Shown here piece by piece: positions 39,326 to 51,042 of a stretch of 54,300 nucleotides of DNA. The DNA comes from Lama guanicoe (Eukaryota). The position numbers and the translations under genes are program-made. The stretch lies in NCBI GenBank assembly GCA_013239625.1, contig MU053513.1:3460927-3515226 (forward strand). Direction: 5' to 3'. Position 1 is the stretch's first letter. Every line of letters starts with the position of its first letter. The notes beneath the pieces are model-generated. The model was given only the letters and a program-made list of their open reading frames with translations. It did not search any database and had not been told where the DNA came from.

Positions 39326-40109
39326 AAGCTTTATACTCTATGAGTAGGAAACATGCAGCAAGTCTTTGTGTTTATCCTGCTAACCCAGAAATTGATTCTG
39401 AAACAGTTAATCCTTTCTTCCTTTCTCACCTTGTCTTCCTGATGACAGAATTGCTATTTTAGTGTGATGCCCACATGGCCACCTCCTGTTGATAACTAGT
39501 GGGCACAACTCAGTTCCCTCAGTTCCATGATGGACAGATGGACAAGCCTGCTGTTGTTCTTGGCCATAAGACTGTTCCTGCCTATTCTCTCATGTGCATC
39601 AAACATGCCTTTCTTTGCCTCTTTTTTTTTTTCCCCAGGACTGTACATATTTGCTCCTAATGCAGTCTGGGTGTATTTGCAATATTAAAGGCTGTAAGCA
39701 GGCTTTGGAAGACAGATAAGCACAATTATTTTGAGAGATGCATGGTATTGAACACAAAAGAAAAGCACTTGATGGAAAAAAGGCTGTAAAATATTGCTAT
39801 TATTCAGCTGAAGAGGTGTCTGTGCTCTTTCTCTTCTACCATAGTGGGATTGAAATAAGGCTGTGATATGTTTCTGGAAAAAGATCCAGATAAATTGTTC
39901 AACTAGATGAATGCACAGAGTTATAATTCATTCAGATTTTATGTATAATCACATACATAAATAGTAGTTGCTTCAAATTAGCCATATAAACTAGAGTTTC
40001 ATGGCTAAGATGTTGGCATGTTGCTTAATTTTCTAAACCATATACAACATTTAAAAACATTTTAACATAGGTATTTTCTTTACTAGAAAAATGAAAATGA
40101 GGAAAGAAA

Positions 40110-40338
40110 TAGATATTTATTTAGTTTCTATCGTGGGTCAGGCATTTTTATGCCTTTTTCTATATTTTTCAAATAATCCTCAGAACTACAGTGTGAAATA
40201 AATTTCATTGTGATTATTTTATAAAAGAGAACACTTGGGATGAAAGGTAATAAGTAATTTGCTCATGGTCACAGAACTAGGAAGTGACAAAACTGATTCC
40301 AAGCCAAGTCTTCCCAACTCCTGAGTTTATTCTCTACT
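40110..40338 (-). mobile_element. MIR SINE
   Basis: tatttatttag...tcaggcatttt...taagtaatttgctcatggtcacagaactaggaagtgac. Confidence 0.75.
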
Positions 40339-40396
40339 GACTCTATTGGATTAGCCAGCATATAGTCAGTTTTCAAGGAATTTGGAGTTTTATTAT

Positions 40397-40732
40397 AAAT
40401 AGTCATTTTTTTTCTTTTTTTTACATATAAACATGGCTCTCTTACCTTTATTTTTCACTTTATTTTTTTATATATTTTTTTTACATTTTTTATTGATTCA
40501 TAATCATTTTACAGTGTTGTGTCAAATTCCAGTGTTCAGCACAATTTTTCAGTCGTTCATGGACATATACACACTCATTGTCACATTTTTTTCTCTGTGA
40601 TTTATCATAACATTTTGTGTATATTTCCCTGTGCTGTACAGTGTAATCTTGTTTATCTATTCTACAATTTTGAAATCCCAGTCTATCCCTTCCCACCCTC
40701 TACCCCCCCCCCCCCCAAATAGTCATGTTTTT
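40397..40732 (-). mobile_element. Young 5'-truncated camelid-type L1 3' end with TSD and short 3' transduction
   Basis: ttattgattcataatcattttacagtgttgtgtcaaattccagtg...gaaatcccagtctatcccttcccaccctc. TSD aaatagtcat at 40397-40406 and 40717-40726; TTTT/AA endonuclease site at ~40729-40734. Confidence 0.92.
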
Positions 40733-43219
40733 AAGTATTTTCCATAATTGTGAATGGTGTCTTGGATGCCAGCTAAGAATATTTCTGCTACGTGAGTTGG
40801 GGTACTTGCCCCCTTTTCCAGATGAGTAAGTAAGTTGATTGAAAATGATAGATAACCTAGTGCAGGGAGTGTGATCTCTGAATTTTTAGAATGACCAGGC
40901 TGGAAGCAGAGGGTTCAGTGTTTCAGAAACATCCTTCAGGGATGACTGGTCCACCTTAGATGTCAAGATTTGCCTTGGCTGATCTATTCGCCTAAAGGAC
41001 CCATGCCTAGGCTAGCATGATGGGGTCTGACCACAGCTCTCGGTTTTATTCTTGCTTATTCATGGAGCACCAGTGATCTTGACTGATAAAGGAGGTGGAG
41101 GGGAGAATCAGTTCAGCCTTCTGGGGGTCTCTTAGCAAGCATCAGTTTGTGGCTAGATTTTTTTCTGAGGCCCGCTGAGAATGTTCTTGCGTCTATCCAG
41201 ACCCTCGGAGCACCCTTGAACCGACTGCGCTTTTCTGTGGAGCAGGGGCAGTGCAGATCCTCAACTCCTCTGGCTGTCTGAGCACCACCACCACTCCCTC
41301 CCCTACTTTGACATGGTAGCAGAGTACACACTAAAGACATCCTGTGTGTTTGCTTCTTCCCTCATCCTACCCTCCGCTGTGAGCTAGGCTCACCTTATCA
41401 GGGTGAAAGGACAGGTTACAGGACCAACTGCTGGTACCTTGTAACTAAGGAACATAGTTGCTAAATGGGCTTAACTCTATGCAGTAACAGAACTGCCAGT
41501 TGTCATCCTGGTTTCCTTGGGTAATGCAGACAGTGCCAGAGGCGATTTCTAACTGTTAGATGGTTCCCCCACCTCCCCGAAAAAGCAGTTTTCAGTTAAA
41601 GTATGCCTAAAAATGAGATTTAATCAAGATAGAGCTATCAATTGGCTAGGTAAAATTTGGCAAGGTAAAATTTGGCAACTTTCATTCCAAATGAGTTACA
41701 AAGGTGGTTGTAGCATTTGGAAACTGTCTTTTAGAGAGAGGCTTTGGAAAAATGATAATTCTATAATGTAGGCATCATTTCCATGGTGAGGAAGTGGTCA
41801 TTATGTTAAAATAGATGTTTATTTCTCTCTCATCTCTTTTTCATATTCCTTTAAATAATGTGTGTTTTCCTATAATTTAAATTTAGTGATTAAAGTATAA
41901 TTAATTAATACTTTGTCATTAATGAGAGAAAGGTCACCTTTAAAAAGTTGATTGAATAGTATGTTATTTCAGGACTGCAGTCGAGCCCAGTTCCTATTAA
42001 TGAAGACTATTTCCCTTTTTCCCTAGGACAGTGGAATTAAAATAATCAGTTTTGTCTGTTTCTAGTCATGGCATATTCTAGGCTTCAGTAAATAAACCCA
42101 ACTGAAAAATAACAGACTAACCAGCCCTGTCTATCACTTGGCTTGAAGCTGTCATTTTTTGTTTCAACGTTATATTCATGAGCATTAATATGAAAACTCT
42201 CTGTCAAAGCTTTGGTTCTTGTGTTTTGATTGCTTTAGAATGGAAATTGAAATACTGAATTTCAGAAATGACTTAGGAGGGGAGTGGAGAGAGCCCTGGT
42301 TGAGGAGTTGGGTGCTGGTTCTGGTCTTGGTCTGCTACCATGTATATGCCTGGACAAATCACTTTCAATTTCTTAGCATGTTCCCTTTCCTTTTAGAACC
42401 AAGATGGTTAGACTAGGTTGGTAGGGCAAATAGGTGCCTCCTTGTGTGCCAGCTCTGATCGACTGGTACTGCCTGCCTCGAGGGCTGTACTGGGGATGAG
42501 GGTGGGTCTCTTCCAGCTGCCAGGCAGCCTGGGAGCAAGAGAGCTACTTAGTCGCCATACCTGAACGCAACAACTTCTTAGGTCATTTTCTGCTTTTAGT
42601 ATGATTTTCATGATTTATTTTTAATTTTCAACCTCAAGAAATGTTCTCTCTATACTTGAAGATATTTTGAAAATTTAAGAGCAGGGAGACCATAGTCTTT
42701 GAGATCATCTAGTGAAAACTAGGCTGATGTGTATAAAAGTGCCTTGTAAAATGTAGAGCACTATTTTAGTTATTTGAGAACAACATGGCTAATTAATGAT
42801 AACCTTTCCCAACCTTTTTTTGGGGGGCCCCTTCCTCCCCAGTTTTCATGAAATTCTTTTTGCAGAAATTATGCAGCTTTTAAAAAGTTAATTTCTTAGA
42901 AGTTATTCTACTGACATTAAATTAAGAAAATTAAGTGTTAAGTTGTGTAGTGTAGGCAGTAAACACTGTAGATATTCTGAGAACTAGAGGGCTAGAGTCA
43001 TCAGGGAATATTAAAAGAAGAGGTAGAACTTGCTCAAGACCTAAAGTGGGCTGAAGTTAGATAAAAGGGCATTTTTAGGTATGGGACAGAATTTAGATAA
43101 AGCATGGAATAAAACATCAGCACAATTTGGGACCATAAACAGGAAGTATAAACTGTTAGGTTCCAATAAAGAAAAACCTGGGTTGCTAATAATAATATTA
43201 ACATTGATAACAGTTAACA

Positions 43220-43520
43220 TTTATTTATTTTTCCACCAGTATTTTTTGAGTGTTTCCAATGTATCGGACCCTGTTCTAGATAGGGGATACAGCTTTTAGC
43301 AAAATGGACAAATAATTGATCTTAAAGAGCTTACATCCTAGTGGGAGAAAGCAGATAATAAAGCAATAAGTGAAACACATAGTAATTTAGAGAGTAATAA
43401 GTACAAAGGAGAAAAATAAACCAGAGGAAGGGACAATGGAATGAATGGTAGGGGTGGGCTGCAGTTTTGGATAGCGGCCAAGGAAGTGCTCAACAGGAGG
43501 GTGATGACTGAGTTATGACC
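43220..43520 (-). mobile_element. L2 3' fragment
   Basis: cagtattttttgagtg...ctgttctagataggggatacagc...cttaaagagcttacatcctagtggg. Confidence 0.8.
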
Positions 43521-43534
43521 CGAGTACCGCTCTG

Positions 43535-43725
43535 CAAAGTGACTTACAGATATGAAATCATTTAAATTTCATAGCAACTTTATGAGAGCAGGTACTATTA
43601 GCATCCTCATTTTACAGATGAGGACCTGAAACCGACAACTGAAGTCATCTAGAGTGCACAGCAGTCAACTGTAAGAGCTGGGACTTCAATCCAGGAAGTC
43701 TAATTCTAGAGCTGATCCTTTGCAC
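43535..43725 (-). mobile_element. MIR SINE
   Basis: aggtactattagcatcctcattttacagatgagga...agagctgggacttcaatccagg. Confidence 0.85.
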
Positions 43726-43822
43726 CTACAAGTCTGGAAGGCAAAAGTCCTCGCCAAGGCTGTCAGAGGGCAGAGAACTGATAGAATTTTGGAGCTGGAG
43801 GGAAGTGACTTACTGTCTAATA

Positions 43823-44160
43823 CAGTGGTTTTCAAAGGGGGTCAGAGTCACCTGGAGAGCTGGTTAGAACCTAGATTTTTGGACCCTGCCCCGCATTTTT
43901 GATCCAGTAAGTCTGGGGTGAGGCCTGGGCACTTGCATTCTAACAAGCGTGCAGCTGGTGCCGGTGTTGATGGTTTGGGAATCATCGGTTAGTCCGGTGG
44001 TTCTCAAACTTGGCTGTACGTTAGCTTCTTCTGGGGAGCTTTTACGACCTACCCGTGCCTTCATGCAGGAGATAATGAGAGCCTGCATTTAACTGGTCTG
44101 GGCTGAGACTCTGATTGTATTAAGGACTACAGTGCGCACAGAGGATTAAATACCCCAGCC
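43823..44160. mobile_element. Two adjacent MER5-family hAT MITEs nested in a MIR fragment (~43775-44215)
   Basis: cagtggttttcaaa...gagtcacctggagagctggttagaa...cagtaagtctggggtgaggcctg...ttgcattctaacaag, then cggtggttctcaaacttggctgtacgttag. Confidence 0.8.
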
Positions 44161-44499
44161 TAGGTTATCCTTCATTTTATGGATGAAGAAACTGAAGTCT
44201 GAAGAAATAACTTCCCTTCTTGTTCTGGCTCCTGGTGTTCTGTCCATTGTTTCTTACTCTCCCACTTGGCTCCTGATTGTAAAAGGTCAGGGGATGTGTT
44301 AATCTGTTGACACACAGTGAAAGTTTAATAAATCTCTACTGTTAAGTGACTCATGTAGCAGGGAGTAGGCAACCACTGAAAGGTTTTGACCAGCGAAGTG
44401 ACACAGTGAAAGTAGTATTTTAAGAGGACTCATTATTAGAAAGGGGTAGGATAAAGAGATTAGAGATGTGAAGATCTTTCTGTTGCGATGTTCCCGTAG

Positions 44500-44660
44500 A
44501 ACCTTGCTACTGAAAATGTGATACAGGCCAGCGGCAGCAGCATCACCCGGAGCCTTGTTAGAGATGCAACTCTCAGGCCCTTGAGTGACCTACTGAGTTA
44601 GAATCTACATTTCACAAGATCCCCAGTGATTTGTATGTGCATGGAAGTTTAAGAACACTG
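44500..44660. mobile_element. MER5A1-like hAT MITE
   Basis: ttgctactgaaaatgtg...cagcagcatcacccggagccttgttagagatgca...ctactgagttagaatctacatttcacaagatcccc...gaagtttaagaacactg. Confidence 0.85.
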
Positions 44661-44751
44661 CTTAGAACATCATATGACCACCATCTGGGCATGTAGGGTA
44701 GCCCTAGCGGGGGTCGAGGAGCAGCAGCAAATTTAAGTGGCTGAGCAGGTC

Positions 44752-45050
44752 AGCCTTTCCTGAAGCCTGTTCCTGGGGACACCAGTTCTCTGGGGTCTTT
44801 TTTCTCCCCGACTCTGGGATCTTAATAGTATTTGATGGTCAAAAAGGTTTGGCAAATACGAGGTTAAACAAAACTAAACAGGTTTCTTCATGGCTAGACT
44901 TCTTTAATCTTTTAATATGCTCATGCACTTTCTGAATCTCCAAGACAAAAACTGTATTGTGTAGCTGCTTCTATATTTATTGATCCTGGCAGTGAGTCTG
45001 GGGGGGCATCTTCACATGTTACTAGTTTGTGGAGCACATCTTGGTAAAGG
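44752..45050. mobile_element. hAT-Charlie element (Charlie4-like)
   Basis: tggtcaaaaaggtttggcaaatacgaggttaaacaaaactaaacaggtttctt...ttttaatatgctcatgcact..tgaatctccaag; imperfect terminal inverted repeats. Confidence 0.7.
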
Positions 45051-46844
45051 TTCCAGACTTAGAAGACATTCTAGGCCCTGGTCATCTCACACTTCCTAAA
45101 TTTAATGTCTGTTACTTATCTGTCCAAGTGCCCAACCTTTCTATCACTGGTCCAGGTATGTGACTTGACTTGTGACTCACTTTCATTGGCTGAACCCTAT
45201 TTGGACAGAGTCAGGATAGGTCTGTGGGTTCTGTCAGTGCTGGTCTGGGAAAAGCATTCACGAGCTAGTTGCTGGTTATGGTGTCTGATGGAAATGGGGA
45301 GAAGATACTTGAAAATGTTAGGGTCACTGGTAATTTCCCAAAGTTTAATTTGTGGTATGAGTAAAATCAGGAGATGTGGCTGAGAGCGATTACTGGGTCA
45401 ACAAAGAAGAAACATGGAAGCTTGACAATTATGGGGCACAAAGTCTGCCAGAAAATTTATAGTCAAAAAGAAAAGGAAGCAAATGAACAGATACATTTGG
45501 GAACTAGGGTTGTTTAAAGGCAGTACCAAATGGCTTTTCTGTAGATGATTTCTTCTGATGCCCTTTTTGAAAATTCATGGCCCCTTTTAACTCTGACAGG
45601 TTGATTATCCCACATTCTATAACTAAGAACACATTTGATTTTATACTCTCCAATAAAATACCGATGTTTTGGACAGCACTCTGTTTTACCTTCATGTATC
45701 CTTGACCTGAAGTTTCACTTTTTATTTTTTCAATGGCAGAATACTTTCTACTCTTAGCCCTAAGGGGAAGGAAGATACTTTCTCAATGATATCCTTACTT
45801 TGGGCAGTAAGTTACATCATTTTTCATTTTTTTCTTCTCTGTTAATAAACCGGTGGAAAGTATTTTTGATTTGGACCCATCCATTCAAATGCTCAAAGGC
45901 TTTATTTTTTACTCACTTTCCCTGACATTTTAAAAATGTCATTTCTTGAAAAATCAGGAAAGTACTGTTATTTCTATTTATGACAGCAGTATAACTTTTC
46001 TTAGGAATTTTTCTCTTGAAAAATTTGATGTTGCTTTAATGGGTAAACATGGATATGTAAATGTTTCAAATCTGATTCAATTCCATTTCTCTTTGTTGAA
46101 CCCTTAGTTGACAGAATTTCTTGCACTTCCAGGAGAAATTTTGAAGAGAAGGGAAAAAAATTTTTACAAATCAAGCAGCATATATTGAATTAAGTAGTCT
46201 TTGATCTCGTAAACTTCTAGAGGAGCTTAGTATCGTTCCAATCCCCTTTTCTGGGTCTCTAAAATCTGTAGTTCTCAGAACACTAACGCTCGAATAATGA
46301 CCCAGAGATCTTAAAAGCTACTAAGCCATCCCAGAGAAATTCAGTTTTTCTTATTTTACTAGACTTACTAAGGCAGAAAAGTAGACTGATTCATTACAGA
46401 ATACACAGGGGTTGGCAGGCCCTAGAAGGAGGACCAAGGCGCTTGATGTGCCTGTTGTCAGGCTAACAATGGTGGGAGATGCAGTTTACTAGAAACGCCC
46501 CGACTCTTCAGCCGAGTGAGACGCGGGAGATTGTGGTAGCTGAGTGACTACCTCTGAACAGGCACAGAGGACTGGGTGGGTGCCATGGGAGCACCAGCTG
46601 CTGGATTTTGGACAGCATGGGTAACTTGTGCCAACCACACACCCTTACAGTCACAGGCAAGAGATAACAGAGGCAGCAATTGTCCCACATGCCGAAGGTA
46701 TCTTACTAAAGAGCCCTACTTAACATACATGCTGAAGGCTGCCAGCATTTATTCTATAAATATTTTCAACAAGGATTAGAATTGGCAATTCAAATTAAGC
46801 CTTGGGTTACTAGACAATAACATCACCTAAATACATGTGCGACA

Positions 46845-47485
46845 TCCATCCAATAATGTGTTTGTCAAATACCAGCTTCTGGGCTGGGTGCTGGAATACC
46901 AAGGTGAAATAAGATAAACGTTGTCACTGCCGTCATATTGCTTGCTGACCGCGGTGGGTGCATATAAGTAAACAAGATAATATACCGTAGTATATTATGT
47001 GCTATGATAGAAGAAATACAGTGAACCATGGTAACGTACAGAAGCTGGGTACTTGACTTTTACTGAAGGATTCAGATAAGAAGAGGCATCTACATGAAGA
47101 GTTAACAGGCACTGGACTGATCAAGAGGAGCTGGGACCAGAAAGGGCATTCTGGCTAAGGGGACAAGTCATATACGGAAGTCTGGAGAAAGATCATAAAG
47201 AATGTTCTGTTTGGAGCATACAGATCTTGGGAAGAAGTGGTTAGAAATGAGGCTAGACGTGTAAACAGAGCCTAGACATGTGGGATTTTTCTAAACATTT
47301 GGCTTTAGATGGAAGGGAGAACCGCTGAAAAGTTTTCCAGCAGAAAACTGAGTAGGTATGCATTTTAAGATAATTCTGGCAGCATTCTGGAGAACGAGTT
47401 GGAGGGAGATAATAGTGGAGACAACAAGACCACTGGGGACACTGTTGCAGAAGTTTACATAAGGGAAGATGGTAGCCTGTATTGG
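46845..47485 (-). mobile_element. L2 3' fragment
   Basis: catccatccaataatgtgtttg...gggtgctggaataccaaggtgaaataaga...tgcattttaagataattctggcagc. Confidence 0.8.
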
Positions 47486-47989
47486 CATTCTTAATGGCTG
47501 GTATTTTTGTATCTGGCACACTAGATTTAAAGTTAGTTACTTTAATGGTGTTTGCATCATTCTTTAACTCAATGTTCCATTTTATAATTCTTTAAGAAAC
47601 TGTTCTTTCTGTCTCTCTGGTATCATTTGTAAGTTATCGTGTTCTTGTTCCTGAATATTCTCTTGCCAGTGTCTTTCCTGCTGTTGACATGTAAGTCTTT
47701 TCCACCTTTTGCCATTGTGGTTCCTTTTTCAAATTTGAGTATGCAGAATTAATGTTGAGAGAGAGGTAGTTATGATTCTAGTGAATAGATCTTGGTTGTT
47801 ACAACTATGGAGAACCTGAGGGTTCCTGGAAAGGACTAGTAGAAGAAAATTCGGTGGTTCTTGCCATTGGAAGGAAAGAAAGTAGTTTAAGGACAAACAG
47901 TGTTCTTAGAGGAGAGGAGACAACGCTTGCTGTACAGCAATCAATACAGTAGGATTAGAAAAGACCAACATGCATCAACCCCAAAGTGC

Positions 47990-48480
47990 AAAAAGTAATT
48001 AAGGGCACAAAAGGCACGTAATACATGTCAAGTTCAAAAGAGAAGCTGCAAAATTACACAGTGAAGTTCAGAGTTTAAAAATGACAGAAAGAGCAAAGGT
48101 GGAAAATGACAAAAACATTTCCTGTAAGATTGACTAAAAGGGCTGCAAGAATATAGCGATCGTACGCGGGACACGAAAGGCCAGTGAGCAGCCCGGAGAG
48201 GTGTCTAATGGAGAGCCAGGGTGGGCCATTGATTGAGGGGGCCTCGCAGACATTGAAAAAGTAAAATTAAATGAATTCTTTGCCCCAGTGCTCTCAAAAA
48301 GCACAGTCTTGCTAAAAAGAGAAACTGATTTAAAATGAAAGAAGTAAAATTGTCCCTTGGAAATGTTACCAATCAATGGGTGGTAAAGAAATTTGAATTC
48401 TCCTGTAAATCTAGGTATGCTTTTTTCCAGGATTAGTGGTATCCAAGGCCAGTGATTCATTCTTAGGTTTAGAAACCCTT
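47990..48480 (+). mobile_element. Possible ancient CR1/L3 ORF2 fragment
   Basis: aaagtaaaattaaatgaattctttgccccagtgctc translates KVKLNEFFAPVL, resembling the CR1 KAEVLNxFFASVF motif. Very degenerate. Confidence 0.4.
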
Positions 48481-48902
48481 TTGAAAAAGTATTATGTTAC
48501 CTCTGTGTGTTTTGTTCCCAAGTCACCCAACGCAGGCCATTTTTAATGCTTCCTTGGCTTTCTGTCTGGTGTCAGAGTGTGACAGACGTCTTCCCTTCTC
48601 AGGGAAAGCCAGGGAGAACATCAGGGGACACGCAGAAGTCCCAGCAAGAAGGGCTTCCCAACCTAGTCAGCTTTTTGTTTTTTGAAGGAAATATGCTTAT
48701 TGCTGTGTAGAGATTTGGAGGAAGGGGTACTGCTCACTCTGGAAATCCTTTGCCTTAATTGGTTTGGGCTCTTATAACAAAACAAAACAAGAACAAAAAA
48801 AGCCTCCTTGAAGAACAAACTATTTCTCACAATTCTGGCGGCTGGGAAGTTCGAGATTTGCCAGCAGACTGTTTCCTGACTTGTAGATAGCTGCCTTCTA
48901 AC

Positions 48903-48939
<37 letters not shown>

Positions 48940-50312
48940 AAAACAGACACACACCCAACATGTGGGCTCCACTCTTAACATAATTACCTGTCAAAGTCTC
49001 CATCTCCAAATATCCTCACACTGGGGATTAGACTTTTCACGTGAATTTTGAAGGATACAAACATACAGTCCATAGCGTCTTAAGAGATACAAATTTTCCA
49101 AAAAGACAGGAGTTGTTTTTTCTTAATTGCACGATAAAGGCAGGATCAGAAGAATGGGTATGCCTGATGTAAAAATAGAGGGATTTCCTATTACCCTCTC
49201 AGACAGAAGGTGCTCAAATATACTGGCTTCCACTTAGAGAACGGTTCTCATGATCATCTGCTAACGAATCTGCAGGGGTTCGAGGGGAGCCAGATGAAAG
49301 GGCAATGAGTGCCTTATCATCTTTCTACTTTCAAAAGCTGCTCCCTCTGCTTTCCCTCAACGTTGATGACTCGTGCTTTGAAGAAGCGAACAGGAGACAG
49401 ACTTCAGGTCATCGACCAATGGAAGAAGTACAATTTAAGTCACTGAAAGAAATGCTAATCCTTGTTTTTATCTTCTGTCTTGAAGGCTGCTCAGAATAAG
49501 ACAGCCATCTTCAATTTCTGAAAGTGGAACACTGCATATGCAGTTTAATTCCAGGTTGTTGGGGGGCACGTTCTAAGACATAAACATCGGACTAGAGAGT
49601 GGAGAGAGGACCAGACTGGAGAGAGTGTCTTTCGTACATTCTTGTGCTACATACAGTTGGTCCTCCAGTGCTGCCAGTGAATGCCTGTGTGATGACGAGG
49701 TGGTGGGAGGAATCTGGCGGGTATCCTAACACTGGGGAAGGACGTTTGGGTCAAGGTGAGCAGTTAAGCTCAATACAGGAATCTCAGGAAACATGACTGG
49801 ACTAAAACCAGTTTTATTTGGGTTTTTCTCATTCTACATAGTGGACATTGCTGGTTGTGGAGGCTATTGAAAGGAAAAGCAGAGAGGCACTTTTCCTCCA
49901 GAAGATATGAGGCCTGGAGAGAAAAAAGAGAGCTGGATCTGAAATACAGCGAGTTATCATCTATTCTGAACTGATTCTTAACTTTAAAGTATACTACATT
50001 ATGCTTTGTAGTCCTCTATGGGTTTTTAAAGTGTTTTCGCAAATGTTAGCTCTTTGACCACCTTAAGAGGCAAGTCAGGCAGACATCCATGTTTCAGGAG
50101 AAGAAATGAAACATGGGGAAGTTGTATTTTTTTCCAGCTTTATAGAGTTAGGAGTGACAGAGGATCCTTGATGCTGATACATCAGTGTTGTCTGCACTCC
50201 AGTGCTTATGTAGTTCCAGAGATCACACAATTTCTCTGTTCTTAGACTTTTCATTGTTTTGGGGGAATTTTAAAGTAGCCCATCTGTGAATGGTATTCAA
50301 AAGAATGACTAT
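48214..50312 (+). repeat. Tandem duplication, copy 1 (2099 bp)
   Basis: agccagggtgggcc...aagaatgactat is repeated head-to-tail; ORFs recur at an offset of 2103. Confidence 0.97.
48751..49077 (-). mobile_element. MaLR LTR (MLT1A-like) with internal (TG)n(AG)n, in copy 1
   Basis: atttctcacaattctggcggctgggaagttcgagat...taattacctgtcaaag...catctccaaata...tgaattttgaaggatacaaacatacagtccatagc. Confidence 0.85.
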
Positions 50313-51005
50313 AGCCAGGGTGGGCCATTGATTGAGGGGGCCTCGCAGACATTGATTGAAAAAGTAAAATTAAATGAATTCTTTGCCCCAGTGCTCTCGA
50401 AAAGCACAGTCTTGCTAAAAAGAGAAACTGATTTAAAATGAAAGAAGTAAAATTGTCCCTTGGAAATGTTACCAATCAATGGGTGGTAAAGAAATTTGAA
50501 TTCTCCTGTAAATCTAGGTATGCTTTTTTCCAGGATTAGTGGTATCCAAGGCCAGTGATTCATTCTTAGGTTTAGAAACCCTTTTGAAAAAGTATTATGT
50601 TACCTCTGTGTGTTTTGTTCCCAAGTCACCCAACGCAGGCCATTTTTAATGCTTCCTTGGCTTTCTGTCTGGTGTCAGAGTGTGACAGACGTCTTCCCTT
50701 CTCAGGGAAAGCCAGGGAGAACATCAGGGGACACGCAGAAGTCCCAGCAAGAAGGGCTTCCCAACCTAGTCAGCTTTTTGTTTTTTGAAGGAAATATGCT
50801 TATTGCTGTGTAGAGATTTGGAGGAAGGGGTACTGCTCACTCTGGAAATCCTTTGCCTTAATTGGTTTGGGCTCTTATAACAAAACAAAACAAGAACAAA
50901 AAAAGCCTCCTTGAAGAACAAACTATTTCTCACAATTCTGGCGGCTGGGAAGTTCGAGATTTGCCAGCAGACTGTTTCCTGACTTGTAGATAGCTGCCTT
51001 CTAAC

Positions 51006-51042
<37 letters not shown>

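Noticed and set aside
39620..39700. Strong acceptor (T-tract cccag) followed by gtaagc
   Set aside because: An isolated ~55-nt segment with no recognisable peptide or partner exons; such sites are common by chance.
41648..41678. 15-bp tandem duplication aggtaaaatttggca x2
   Set aside because: Ordinary slippage microduplication.
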